Of a stretch of 64,000 nt of DNA, positions 1 through 8,115 are shown in pieces (positions within the stretch are counted from its first letter, which is position 1; each line of letters begins with the position of its first letter). The stretch covers positions 22,656 through 86,655 of the forward strand of contig JAFWJF010000008.1 of assembly GCA_017511715.1 (NCBI GenBank), in the 5' to 3' direction. Source of the stretch: Alphaproteobacteria bacterium. GTDB lineage: Bacteria; Pseudomonadota; Alphaproteobacteria; Rs-D84. A program made the position numbers and the translations under genes. Under the pieces are notes generated by a model. That model worked only from the letters and a program-made list of their open reading frames with translations. It had not been told where the DNA came from and ran no database searches.

Positions 1-747
1 GACACGACATCTGATTGGACATATATTATTGAACCTCGTGCACGTTTAACGATTATGACACATAACAATAAAGATTCTGTATTTGCAATAGACAATGATT
101 CTGCAGGACGTTTTTTATCTGACACGACTCTTTTTTCTGGTAATCGTTATGCCGGTATGGACGTTTGGGAAAACGGTAATTTTATTGATTATGGTGCAAG
201 GTGGGCGGCATTTAACGCAAAAAACAATATTGAAGTATTTTTAGGTCAAACCTATGATTTTGATGATGGCAAAGAAGATTTTTATGATAACGGTTTCCGA
301 AACGGTTTTTCTGATTATGTTGGTCGCATAGCCTATTCAAGAGAGTATCTTCAAATATCCAGTCGTTTTCGTAATGATCGCGATACAATGAAATTAAACC
401 ATTCAGAAAACTCAATATATTTTGGACACGACAAAACATATATCATGTTAGGGCATATTTGGGATACACAACCTATTGATATTTATTCTGACGGTGACAA
501 AGATACACACGAAATAGTGACTGGTGTCGGATTGAAACTTACAAAACGCACAAGCATCAAAGGCTCTGTGATATACAATCTGTACGAGCATATTGTTCAA
601 CGGCATTCTGGGGGAATTTTCTATGATCATCCCTGCTATTATTTGTCGTTTGAATATCAACGTGATAATGCCACCAAAGAAGACTATGTTGGGAACACGA
701 CTTTTCAATTCAAATTTGGTATAAGCATTGACAGTAAACACTATTAA
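1..747 (+). CDS. lptD: LPS-assembly protein LptD, C-terminal fragment (gene starts left of the window)
   Basis: Frame 1 is open from base 1 to the stop at 745-747. The C-terminus is Gly/aromatic-rich and beta-barrel-like (GQTYDFDD, TTFQFKFGISI). A SurA-like gene follows 15 nt later, as in the conserved lptD-surA pair. Confidence 0.6.
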   Translation, partial: DTTSDWTYIIEPRARLTIMTHNNKDSVFAIDNDSAGRFLSDTTLFSGNRYAGMDVWENGNFIDYGARWAAFNAKNNIEVFLGQTYDFDDGKEDFYDNGFRNGFSDYVGRIAYSREYLQISSRFRNDRDTMKLNHSENSIYFGHDKTYIMLGHIWDTQPIDIYSDGDKDTHEIVTGVGLKLTKRTSIKGSVIYNLYEHIVQRHSGGIFYDHPCYYLSFEYQRDNATKEDYVGNTTFQFKFGISIDSKHY

Positions 748-762
748 AGAAAGGGAAAGAGT

Positions 763-1587
763 ATGAAGAAAATATTTAGTATCTTTACATTTGTTTTTCT
801 GGGGCTTAACAGCGCAAATGCAACAAGTGTTATTGGCACTGTTAATGGTAACGCAATAACAGACTCTGATATAACGGCCCGCACAGAATTGATGGCACGC
901 CAAGGAAAGACTTCCACAACAAACCGCAGACAAGCATTTCAGAACATAATTGACGATTATATCAAATTGGACTATGCGGCAAATTACAATGTAAAGCCGT
1001 CAGACAAGGATGCAGACAAAGAACTGAAACAAATGAAACTTGGTGAAATGAGCGAAACAGTGCGCTCTATGGCACGATTAGCCGTACGTGCAAATATTGC
1101 TTGGAATGTTATGATGGCACGAACAATCGTTCCAGACATAGAAATTTCCAAGTCTGATATTGCCACCGAACGTGCATTATTGGCTCGCGAACACGGGTTG
1201 CCAATTGAAATAACAATGTTGCGATTAACAGACATCCCCAATGATGTTTATAAAAAACTGACTAAACCAAAGAACTGTGATGCCGCAGAAGAAATGGTTG
1301 AAAATCTTGGCGGATACCCACAAAAAATAACCGCTATGCAATATGAACTGGCACCCGAAGTGCGCAATCGTATTGCTGGCTTGCCCTTGCTAACATGGTC
1401 AAAAAACGAAAATAATACAGTGTTTTTAATTTGTAGCGAAAAGAAAGGCAAAGAATACAAAAACCTGGATGAAATTATCAAGCAAAATGCAATTTACAAA
1501 AAAGCATCTGTAAATGCAGAACAACAATTGAAACAATTACGCCGCAAAGCAGTAATAATCATCAATGACGACAGATATAAATTATGA
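763..1587 (+). CDS. surA: SurA-like periplasmic chaperone (SurA N-terminal-domain type)
   Basis: Signal peptide MKKIFSIFTFVFLGLNSANA. VIGTVNGNAITDSDI resembles the SurA N-domain. It sits after lptD and has an ATGA overlap with rlmN. Confidence 0.55.
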   Translation: MKKIFSIFTFVFLGLNSANATSVIGTVNGNAITDSDITARTELMARQGKTSTTNRRQAFQNIIDDYIKLDYAANYNVKPSDKDADKELKQMKLGEMSETVRSMARLAVRANIAWNVMMARTIVPDIEISKSDIATERALLAREHGLPIEITMLRLTDIPNDVYKKLTKPKNCDAAEEMVENLGGYPQKITAMQYELAPEVRNRIAGLPLLTWSKNENNTVFLICSEKKGKEYKNLDEIIKQNAIYKKASVNAEQQLKQLRRKAVIIINDDRYKL

Positions 1588-2684
1588 AAACAATACTTTT
1601 CAATTTAACCGATGGTGAATTAGAACAATTTATAACACAATTGGGGCAGCCTCGTTTTCGCAGCAAACAAGTCAGAGAATGGCTTAATCGTGGCGCACCA
1701 GATTTTAGTGTTATGAAAAATTTGCCAGAAGATTTAAGAAACAAACTATCTGAAATTGCTGAAACTCTGCCATTAAAAATTGTTAAACGATTGCAAAGCA
1801 GCGACAATCAAACAACCAAGTTTTTGTTGGAATTAAATGATTGCGAACAAATAGAGTGCGTTTTAATGCGCACAACATACGGCAACAGCGTTTGTGTTTC
1901 TTCCCAGGCAGGTTGTGCAATGGGATGCAAGTTTTGTGCGTCAACATTATTGGGGCTGAAACGCAATTTGACAGTTAATGAAATGTTTGCCCAGGTTTTA
2001 GTTGCTCAATGGGAATTACGCCGTGACAAAATGCGCGACATAAAACCAAATGGCGATGCGAACAACGGGGATGTTTCCCACATTGTTGTTATGGGTACAG
2101 GCGAACCTTTGCAAAATACAGAAAATGTTATCGGTTTTTTAGAGCGCGCCAACACAGAATTAAATATATCGTGGCGCCGCATAACCGTTTCTACATGCGG
2201 AATTGTTCCTGGAATAAATGAATTGAACAAATGGGGTCGTCCGATAAACATGGCGATATCACTGCATGCGCCAGATGATGATTTACGCAGTCAAATTATG
2301 CCTATTAACAACAAATACAAACTTCAAGAAGTTCTTGATGCCGCATTTGCGTTTTCTGACGCGCACAATCGACAATTAATGATTGAATATATACTACTTG
2401 GGCAAAAAGACAAAAACGATTCTGTGGTGCTTTATAACGCTTCTGAAGAGCATGCAAATAAACTATCAAAATTATTGCAAGGCCATAATGTTATGGTAAA
2501 CTTGATTCCATGGAACACAGTGGACGAACGTGATTTTGCATCTATATCTGGTAATGCCGTTCACCGATTCCAAGATATTTTAATAAAAAACGGTGTTCAT
2601 ACTCGAATCAGACGGGAACGGGGGGCGGATATTGGTTCTGCGTGTGGGCAATTAAGGCTTAAAAACGCAAAGGACAAAAAATGA
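1584..2684 (+). CDS. rlmN: 23S rRNA/tRNA (adenine-C2)-methyltransferase RlmN (radical SAM)
   Basis: Radical SAM CxxxCxxC in GCAMGCKFCAS. N-terminal QLGQPRFRSKQVREWL, VMGTGEPL and C-terminal GSACGQL all match RlmN. Confidence 0.9.
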   Translation: MKTILFNLTDGELEQFITQLGQPRFRSKQVREWLNRGAPDFSVMKNLPEDLRNKLSEIAETLPLKIVKRLQSSDNQTTKFLLELNDCEQIECVLMRTTYGNSVCVSSQAGCAMGCKFCASTLLGLKRNLTVNEMFAQVLVAQWELRRDKMRDIKPNGDANNGDVSHIVVMGTGEPLQNTENVIGFLERANTELNISWRRITVSTCGIVPGINELNKWGRPINMAISLHAPDDDLRSQIMPINNKYKLQEVLDAAFAFSDAHNRQLMIEYILLGQKDKNDSVVLYNASEEHANKLSKLLQGHNVMVNLIPWNTVDERDFASISGNAVHRFQDILIKNGVHTRIRRERGADIGSACGQLRLKNAKDKK

Positions 2685-3433
2685 AATTAAGATATATTAC
2701 GTGTTCTGACCCCCGCGAAGATATACCCATTGAATCAATATTGAATTTTTCAGAAAAATATCCAATCTCAGAAATTGGGGTCCAAGCACATGTTGGCCCA
2801 ATGTCTGAAAAAGAATCTCGTAATGTTTGGTTTAACAAGTTAATAGAATATGCAAAAAATTTAGAAAACGCACCAAATATAGCCTTGCATGTGAATTACC
2901 TTTGGTGTGATTATATGTGTCTTGGTTCTGTCCCCAACGAATTATCAGGCTGGATTTCTGCACGCAATACATATACAGGCAAACCCGTTGTAAAAAGAAT
3001 TCAATTAAATATTGGCGACAGAACTTTTTCTTTCAATTCATCAAAATTAGCAAAACTGATAAAACAATATTCCGACCAAGAATTTATTTTACCATGGAAC
3101 CCAAACACCGCACAGCAGATACAAGAATTAAAGAAAACACACACAAAGTTTTCGTTATTATTCGATGGGTCTTATGGTACAGGAATCGAACCGGACGAAT
3201 GGCAAAAACCTGTTTATAAATGCGTTCCAAACGGATATGCCGGGGGACTGGGGCCGGATAATGTCGCAAAGAATCTTGATAAGATAAACGCGATATTACC
3301 ACAAAAATATGAAACCTGGATAGATGCCGAAGGCAAACTGCGTAATTATAAGACAACGGGCTCTTTTACTTTGGAACTGGCAGAAAAATATATGCAAAAC
3401 GCGATTGCTTGGTATAATCAACACTCAAAATAA
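2681..3433 (+). CDS. TrpF-fold (phosphoribosylanthranilate isomerase-like) protein, paralog 1
   Basis: The pattern MKLRYITCSDPRE ... SLLFDGSYGTG ... GYAGGLGPDNV ... WIDAEGKLR parallels TrpF KICG ... LLDxxxGGxGKxFDW ... LAGGLxPENV ... DVSSGVE. ATGA overlap with rlmN. Confidence 0.6.
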   Translation: MKLRYITCSDPREDIPIESILNFSEKYPISEIGVQAHVGPMSEKESRNVWFNKLIEYAKNLENAPNIALHVNYLWCDYMCLGSVPNELSGWISARNTYTGKPVVKRIQLNIGDRTFSFNSSKLAKLIKQYSDQEFILPWNPNTAQQIQELKKTHTKFSLLFDGSYGTGIEPDEWQKPVYKCVPNGYAGGLGPDNVAKNLDKINAILPQKYETWIDAEGKLRNYKTTGSFTLELAEKYMQNAIAWYNQHSK

Positions 3434-3448
3434 TCAAAAGGTATAATA

Positions 3449-4201
3449 ATGAAATTAAGATATATAACTTGTTCTGATCCGCGCGAACAAAATTCTGTAA
3501 AATCTATTTTAGATTTGGCACACCTGCCACGCGCAGAAATAGCCGTTCAATGTCACCCCAGCAAAATGAGTGAAGGTATGCCCCGCAATCAATGGTTTAA
3601 TAAGTTATTGCGCGAAGCAAACATGACAGACAATGTTAATCTGGCAATCCATATTAATTGCGAATGGGCAAACGATATATGCGCAAACGGGAAAATCCCA
3701 GAAATAATATTAAACTGGCTGCAGATTGAAAGAGTATATAGCAAACCACTTATCGGACGCGTTCAATTAAATATGCCAAAAGCAACCGCAGATAATATAA
3801 ATACAGAATCATTGGCGCAAACAATTCACGATTTCAAGAACCAAGAATTTATTTTTCAATACAACGACAAAACCAAAGATGCAATTGAAAGATTGCACAG
3901 AACGGGTGCTAAATTTTCGCTTTTGTTTGATGCGTCTGGCGGAAACGGGAAAGCCCCAACCGCATGGCAAGCCCCTGTATACGAAACACACCCAATGGGA
4001 TACAGTGGCGGTATGTCACCCGAAAATGTTGCACGCAATCTGCATGAAATCGAAAAATTAGTCCCAGAAAACGAATCTGTATGGATAGATGCCGAAGGCA
4101 GACTTAAATCAAACGATTTGTTCTATGAAAAACCGGTGTTTGATGTCAACCTTGCCCGCGCTTATATTGAACGCGCAAACCTTTGGCAGAAACAACATTG
4201 A
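3449..4201 (+). CDS. TrpF-fold protein, paralog 2
   Basis: Same length (250 aa) and the same first 13 residues as paralog 1. SLLFDASGGNGKAPTAWQ, GYSGGMSPENV and WIDAEGRLK are present. AAAGG RBS upstream. Confidence 0.6.
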   Translation: MKLRYITCSDPREQNSVKSILDLAHLPRAEIAVQCHPSKMSEGMPRNQWFNKLLREANMTDNVNLAIHINCEWANDICANGKIPEIILNWLQIERVYSKPLIGRVQLNMPKATADNINTESLAQTIHDFKNQEFIFQYNDKTKDAIERLHRTGAKFSLLFDASGGNGKAPTAWQAPVYETHPMGYSGGMSPENVARNLHEIEKLVPENESVWIDAEGRLKSNDLFYEKPVFDVNLARAYIERANLWQKQH

Positions 4202-4263
4202 GTGTTTCATAACAAGTTTTTACTGGACAAATCAAAAAAATAAGATAATATAGATATCGCTTT

Positions 4264-4340
4264 GGATGTTTAGCTCAGTTGGCTAGAGCATCTCGTTTAC
4301 ACCGAGAGGGTCAGGAGTTCGAGTCTCTTAACATCCACCA
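4264..4340 (+). tRNA. tRNA-Val (anticodon TAC), CCA encoded
   Basis: Hand-folded cloverleaf. Acceptor GGATGTT/AACATCC; anticodon stem TCTCG/CGAGA with loop TTTACAC; T arm AGGAG-TTCGAGT-CTCTT. Confidence 0.9.
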
Positions 4341-4348
4341 GAAATTCA

Positions 4349-4376
4349 AACCGCTGTTTTGGCGGTTTTAATTTTT
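4349..4376 (+). terminator. Intrinsic terminator after tRNA-Val
   Basis: Hairpin AACCGC-loop-GCGGTT followed by a T-rich tail. Confidence 0.6.
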
Positions 4377-4382
4377 GCACTG

Positions 4383-4504
4383 GGATATTTAGAGACGAGA
4401 ACGAAGGAGTTCGACAACAAGTAGATTTCACAAGTAAAACGAAGTGAAATCGTTACGGTTGCCCCGCAGGTATTTATACCGAGGGAGTCTCTTAACATCC
4501 ACCA
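4383..4504 (+). pseudogene. Scrambled tRNA-Val-derived unit (tRNA-like remnant)
   Basis: Starts GGATATTTAG (tRNA has GGATGTTTAG). It contains the T-arm 10-mer AGGAGTTCGA, then about 63 nt of unrelated sequence with a perfect 8-bp hairpin (GATTTCAC/GTGAAATC). It ends ACCGAGG-GAGTCTCTTAACATCCACCA. Confidence 0.6.
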
Positions 4505-4542
4505 GAAATTCAAACCGCTGTTTTGGCGGTTTTAATTTTTGC
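4485..4542 (+). repeat. 58-bp exact direct repeat of 4321..4378 (tRNA-Val 3' end plus its terminator)
   Basis: GAGTCTCTTAACATCCACCAGAAATTCAAACCGCTGTTTTGGCGGTTTTAATTTTTGC occurs identically at both positions. Confidence 0.9.
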
Positions 4543-4546
4543 CTAA

Positions 4547-4840
4547 TTATTCGTTCAATGAACCAGTAACTGCGTTCATCGTTTTTTCAATCAATATGTC
4601 TGCTTTTTCTTTTGCATCTTTATAGGCATCAAAGACATATCTAGATACATTTTCTGCGCCAGATTCCAAAGCCCCAGGTTGAACAACAACAGATAAAATA
4701 TCATATTTACCGGTCATAGTGACAACAACCGCACCATTTCCCCCTATTCCACGAACATGTTGTTTTGCAAGGGAATCTTGCGCTGCAGATATTTTAGATT
4801 GTAAATCTGCCGCTTGCGCCATCAATGTTTCCACATCCAT
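4547..4840 (-). CDS. ybaB: YbaB/EbfC family nucleoid-associated protein
   Basis: MDVETLMAQAADLQSKISAAQDSL...GGNGAVVVTMTGKYDILSV matches the YbaB pattern. I chose the internal ATG at 4840 with an AAGGAAG RBS, because the longer ORF runs through the pnp terminator and into the pnp 3' end. Confidence 0.8.
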   Translation of the reverse strand: MDVETLMAQAADLQSKISAAQDSLAKQHVRGIGGNGAVVVTMTGKYDILSVVVQPGALESGAENVSRYVFDAYKDAKEKADILIEKTMNAVTGSLNE

Positions 4841-4860
4841 TTGTGCTTCCTTTTTTATAT

Positions 4861-4894
4861 AAAAAACACCCCATGCGTATTTTGGCATGGGGTG
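4861..4894 (-). terminator. Intrinsic terminator of pnp
   Basis: On the minus strand: CACCCCATGC-8 nt loop-GCATGGGGTG followed by TTTTTT. Confidence 0.8.
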
Positions 4895-4904
4895 CGTGGT
4901 TTTG

Positions 4905-7067
4905 TTATTTGGTTTCTTTACCTGTTTTTTGATCAATACCGACCATAGACAAACGTGTTTTTCCGCGCTTGTCTGTCCCCAAGTATTTTACATAAACTTT
5001 GTCACCAAGATTGATTTTGGCATCTTCGATTTTTGCCAATCTTTCACCTGTGATTTCTGAAATATGAACCATTGATTCAAAATTTTTCAGAATCTTAACA
5101 AACAAACCAAAATCTTTGATTCCGCTAACTTCGCCTTCATAGATTTCGCCAACTTCTGGTTCTGCGACAATTTCTTTGATACGGCGAATTGCTTCTTCTG
5201 CATCATCTTTATCTGCCGCCATAACTTTTATACTGCCATCGTCTTCTAATTCGATTTGAGTATTTGTTTCGCGGGTCAAAGCCTGAATTACAGAACCACC
5301 TTTGCCGATAACATCGCGTACCTTGTCAGGATTGATTTTCATTGTATATGCCTGGGGCGCAAATTCAGACAATTTTTTGCGTGGCGCTTTGATTGCCTTT
5401 TCAATTTTGCCAAGGATGTGCATACGACCATCTTTTGCCTGGGCCAGCGCATGTTCCATAATTTCAAATGTGATAGAAGTGATTTTGATATCCATTTGCA
5501 ATGCTGTGATACCTTGGTCTGTACCTGTCACCTTAAAGTCCATATCGCCAAGGTGGTCTTCATCACCCAAGATATCGGTCAATATTGCATAATCATCGCC
5601 TTCTTTAATCAAGCCCATCGCGATACCTGCAACAGGTCTTTTCATTGGAACACCGCCATCCATCATCGCCAATGTAGCACCACATGTTGTTGCCATGGAT
5701 GAAGAACCATTAGATTCCAAAATATCACTGCATACGCGAATTACATAGTCAAATTCACTGCGTGTTGGAACCATAGGATGAACAGCACGCCATGCCAAAT
5801 TACCATGTCCAAGTTCACGACGACCTGGCGATTTAAGCCCTTTGGCTTCACCAACTGAATAGCCTGGGAAATTATAATTCAAGATGAAATCGCGTTCATC
5901 ATCACCATCCAAAGATTCAATTGGTAATGCATCTTTGCCACCGCCCAATGTCAACGATACCAAAGCCTGAGTTTCACCACGTGTGAACAATGCAGAACCA
6001 TGTGCGCGTGGTAAAACACCCAATTCAATTTCAATTGGACGAACTGTTTTTGTATCACGACCATCAATACGTGGTTTGCCTTCCAAAATATTGGTACGCA
6101 TAATACGCGCAGTAATACCTTCGACAATTTCATCAGCCCAAGATTCCAATGTAGATGTTGCAGTTGTGGTTTCTGGGAAAAGTTCAGGGATACGCGCTTT
6201 TGCTTTTGCATGAATATCTGCCAAAGTGTCAAGGCGAACCAATTTTTCTTTGATTAACAACGCGTCTGTGATTTGTGGCGCAAATTGCTCAAAATCTTTT
6301 TCCATAACAACATATTCTTCGCTGTGTTCTGGGGTTTCCCAACGTTCTTTTCCAGCCTTTTCAACAAATTCGTTGATTGCTTTGATAACAGTTTGTTGTT
6401 GATCAAAACCGAATTTCACAGCACCCAAGGTTGTTTTTTCGTCCAATTCACCAATTTCAGATTCAACCATTAACACGCCATCTTTGGTGGCAGCAACGAC
6501 CAAATCCATTTTAGAATCTTCAAGTTCTTTTTTGGACGGATTTAACAAATATTTACCATCTTTATAGCCAACACGTGCGGCACCGATTGGTCCTTGGAAA
6601 GGAACGCCAGAAATAGCCAATGCGGCACTTGACGCAATCATTGCCAAAATATCGGGTTGATTTTTCTTGTCATAAGAAAACACTTGGGCAATTATTTGCA
6701 CTTTGTTCTTGAAAGTTTCCGGAAACAAAGGACGGATAGGACGGTCAATAAGACGTGCTATCAATGTTTCCGCAACGCTCGCCTTGCCTTCGCGTCTATC
6801 GCGAGAGCCCGGAATACGACCCGCGGATGCATATTTTTCCTGGTAATCAACAGTCAAAGGAAAGAAATCTTGACCTTCTACCGCTGTTTTTTCTGCACAT
6901 ACAGTTGCCAAAACCATTGTTTGACCCATGGTTGCCATAACTGCACCTGTTGCTTGTTTTGCATAGCGTCCTGTTTCCAAACGAACTGTTTCATCACCAT
7001 ATTGGAATTCAACAGCAATTGGATTATTCAAGACATTTTTTTCGCCTTTCTTAAAAATTCCAAACAT
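4905..7067 (-). CDS. pnp: Polyribonucleotide nucleotidyltransferase (PNPase)
   Basis: 720 aa with two RNase PH-like halves and C-terminal KH/S1 (IYEGEVSGIKDFGLFVKI). The N-terminus GRYAKQATGAV is typical. Confidence 0.95.
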   Translation of the reverse strand: MFGIFKKGEKNVLNNPIAVEFQYGDETVRLETGRYAKQATGAVMATMGQTMVLATVCAEKTAVEGQDFFPLTVDYQEKYASAGRIPGSRDRREGKASVAETLIARLIDRPIRPLFPETFKNKVQIIAQVFSYDKKNQPDILAMIASSAALAISGVPFQGPIGAARVGYKDGKYLLNPSKKELEDSKMDLVVAATKDGVLMVESEIGELDEKTTLGAVKFGFDQQQTVIKAINEFVEKAGKERWETPEHSEEYVVMEKDFEQFAPQITDALLIKEKLVRLDTLADIHAKAKARIPELFPETTTATSTLESWADEIVEGITARIMRTNILEGKPRIDGRDTKTVRPIEIELGVLPRAHGSALFTRGETQALVSLTLGGGKDALPIESLDGDDERDFILNYNFPGYSVGEAKGLKSPGRRELGHGNLAWRAVHPMVPTRSEFDYVIRVCSDILESNGSSSMATTCGATLAMMDGGVPMKRPVAGIAMGLIKEGDDYAILTDILGDEDHLGDMDFKVTGTDQGITALQMDIKITSITFEIMEHALAQAKDGRMHILGKIEKAIKAPRKKLSEFAPQAYTMKINPDKVRDVIGKGGSVIQALTRETNTQIELEDDGSIKVMAADKDDAEEAIRRIKEIVAEPEVGEIYEGEVSGIKDFGLFVKILKNFESMVHISEITGERLAKIEDAKINLGDKVYVKYLGTDKRGKTRLSMVGIDQKTGKETK

Positions 7068-7180
7068 TCGTTTTCTCCATTTTTGTTTGATTAATTTTGC
7101 GAAGAAAAATTATTCGTTTTTGCACTCTTTGTCCATCAAGCACAAAAAAGAACAATTCTATCTTCGCGACTCAGTTTTTG

Positions 7181-7208
7181 ATTATAAAATATAAATAATC
7201 TTTTGCAA
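7181..7208 (-). promoter_or_regulatory. Candidate sigma70 promoter of pnp
   Basis: Minus strand: TTGCAA, 16-nt spacer, TATAAT, directly after the gpsA terminator. It predicts a leader of about 105 nt. Confidence 0.45.
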
Positions 7209-7210
7209 CA

Positions 7211-7240
7211 AAAAAGCCCTGCAATACAGGGACTTTTTTC
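7211..7240. terminator. Terminator downstream of gpsA
   Basis: CCCTG-loop-CAGGG hairpin flanked by an A-run and a T-run. Confidence 0.6.
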
Positions 7241-7248
7241 ACAAAAAA

Positions 7249-8115
7249 CTACAGTCCCATTTTTTTCTTCATTTCGCACAACACTGGCGTTTTTACGCCT
7301 AGTTTTTCTGCGCGTTTTATAAGCCCGCGCAATGCAAAAATACCCTCTACAGTATGTGCAACAATGGGTTCGCCACGCGCGATTGCTTGACCCGCCGAAA
7401 AATTACGACTGGTTGTCGATGTCGCCGACAAAAACAAATCGCCAACACCACAAAGCCCCAAGAAAGTGCCACAACTTGCCCCCATTTCAACGGCAATATC
7501 AACTATTTCATTCCAAGCACGCGTGAACACCAACGCCCTTTCGTTTTCACCCGCCGCCTTGACCGTTAAATATCCAGAAATCAAAGAATCAGCATTTTTA
7601 CCAACCCCACAAATCTGTGCACCGATAAAATCGTCGCTGTCCTGCAAATATAGGTTTGCCAAAGCAATATGGCCCCCTGCCCTGACATTGTTGTTGCCGG
7701 CGATGGTTGAACCTGTTGGAACGCCAGTCGCAACTTCCCTTGCAAATTGCGGCCCCGACAAAACACCAAAATCTTTGCATTCAGGCAATTCTGCATTTAA
7801 GATTTCAGACATAAATTCGCCTGTTTCGCCTTCCATCCCTTTGGTACAAATCAAAATCGGTTGACCGTTATAAACCGCACGCATTTTGCGTACTGTTTCA
7901 CGAAAAAACGCAGCCGGGGTCACAATCAGCCAATATTCACAATTTTTCAAATCATCCATATTGTCTGTTCTGGATACGTTTTCGGGTTTTTCCAAATCGC
8001 TTAAGCCATCAAAAATACCCCCAAAGCCCCAATGAATAACCTTATTACCAGATTTAGCACTTAAATAAGCCAACGCTGTCCCCCATGCCCCAGCACCGAA
8101 AACACCAACTACCAT
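7249..8115 (-). CDS. gpsA: NAD(P)H-dependent glycerol-3-phosphate dehydrogenase
   Basis: N-terminal Rossmann motif VFGAGAWGTALA, plus the family-typical LSGPQFAREV. Confidence 0.85.
   Translation of the reverse strand: MVVGVFGAGAWGTALAYLSAKSGNKVIHWGFGGIFDGLSDLEKPENVSRTDNMDDLKNCEYWLIVTPAAFFRETVRKMRAVYNGQPILICTKGMEGETGEFMSEILNAELPECKDFGVLSGPQFAREVATGVPTGSTIAGNNNVRAGGHIALANLYLQDSDDFIGAQICGVGKNADSLISGYLTVKAAGENERALVFTRAWNEIVDIAVEMGASCGTFLGLCGVGDLFLSATSTTSRNFSAGQAIARGEPIVAHTVEGIFALRGLIKRAEKLGVKTPVLCEMKKKMGL

Noticed and set aside
4381-4542. Possibility that the tRNA-like segment is a (two-piece) tmRNA gene
   Set aside because: The acceptor strands are those of tRNA-Val (GGAT.../...ATCC), not the GGGG/G3-U70 alanine-identity stem. 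I found no tag reading frame ending in a hydrophobic tail plus stop, and the segment is too short.
4841-4936. Long form of the ybaB ORF starting at 4936
   Set aside because: The extension crosses the pnp terminator and overlaps the pnp stop region. YbaB similarity and a good RBS begin at the ATG at 4840.
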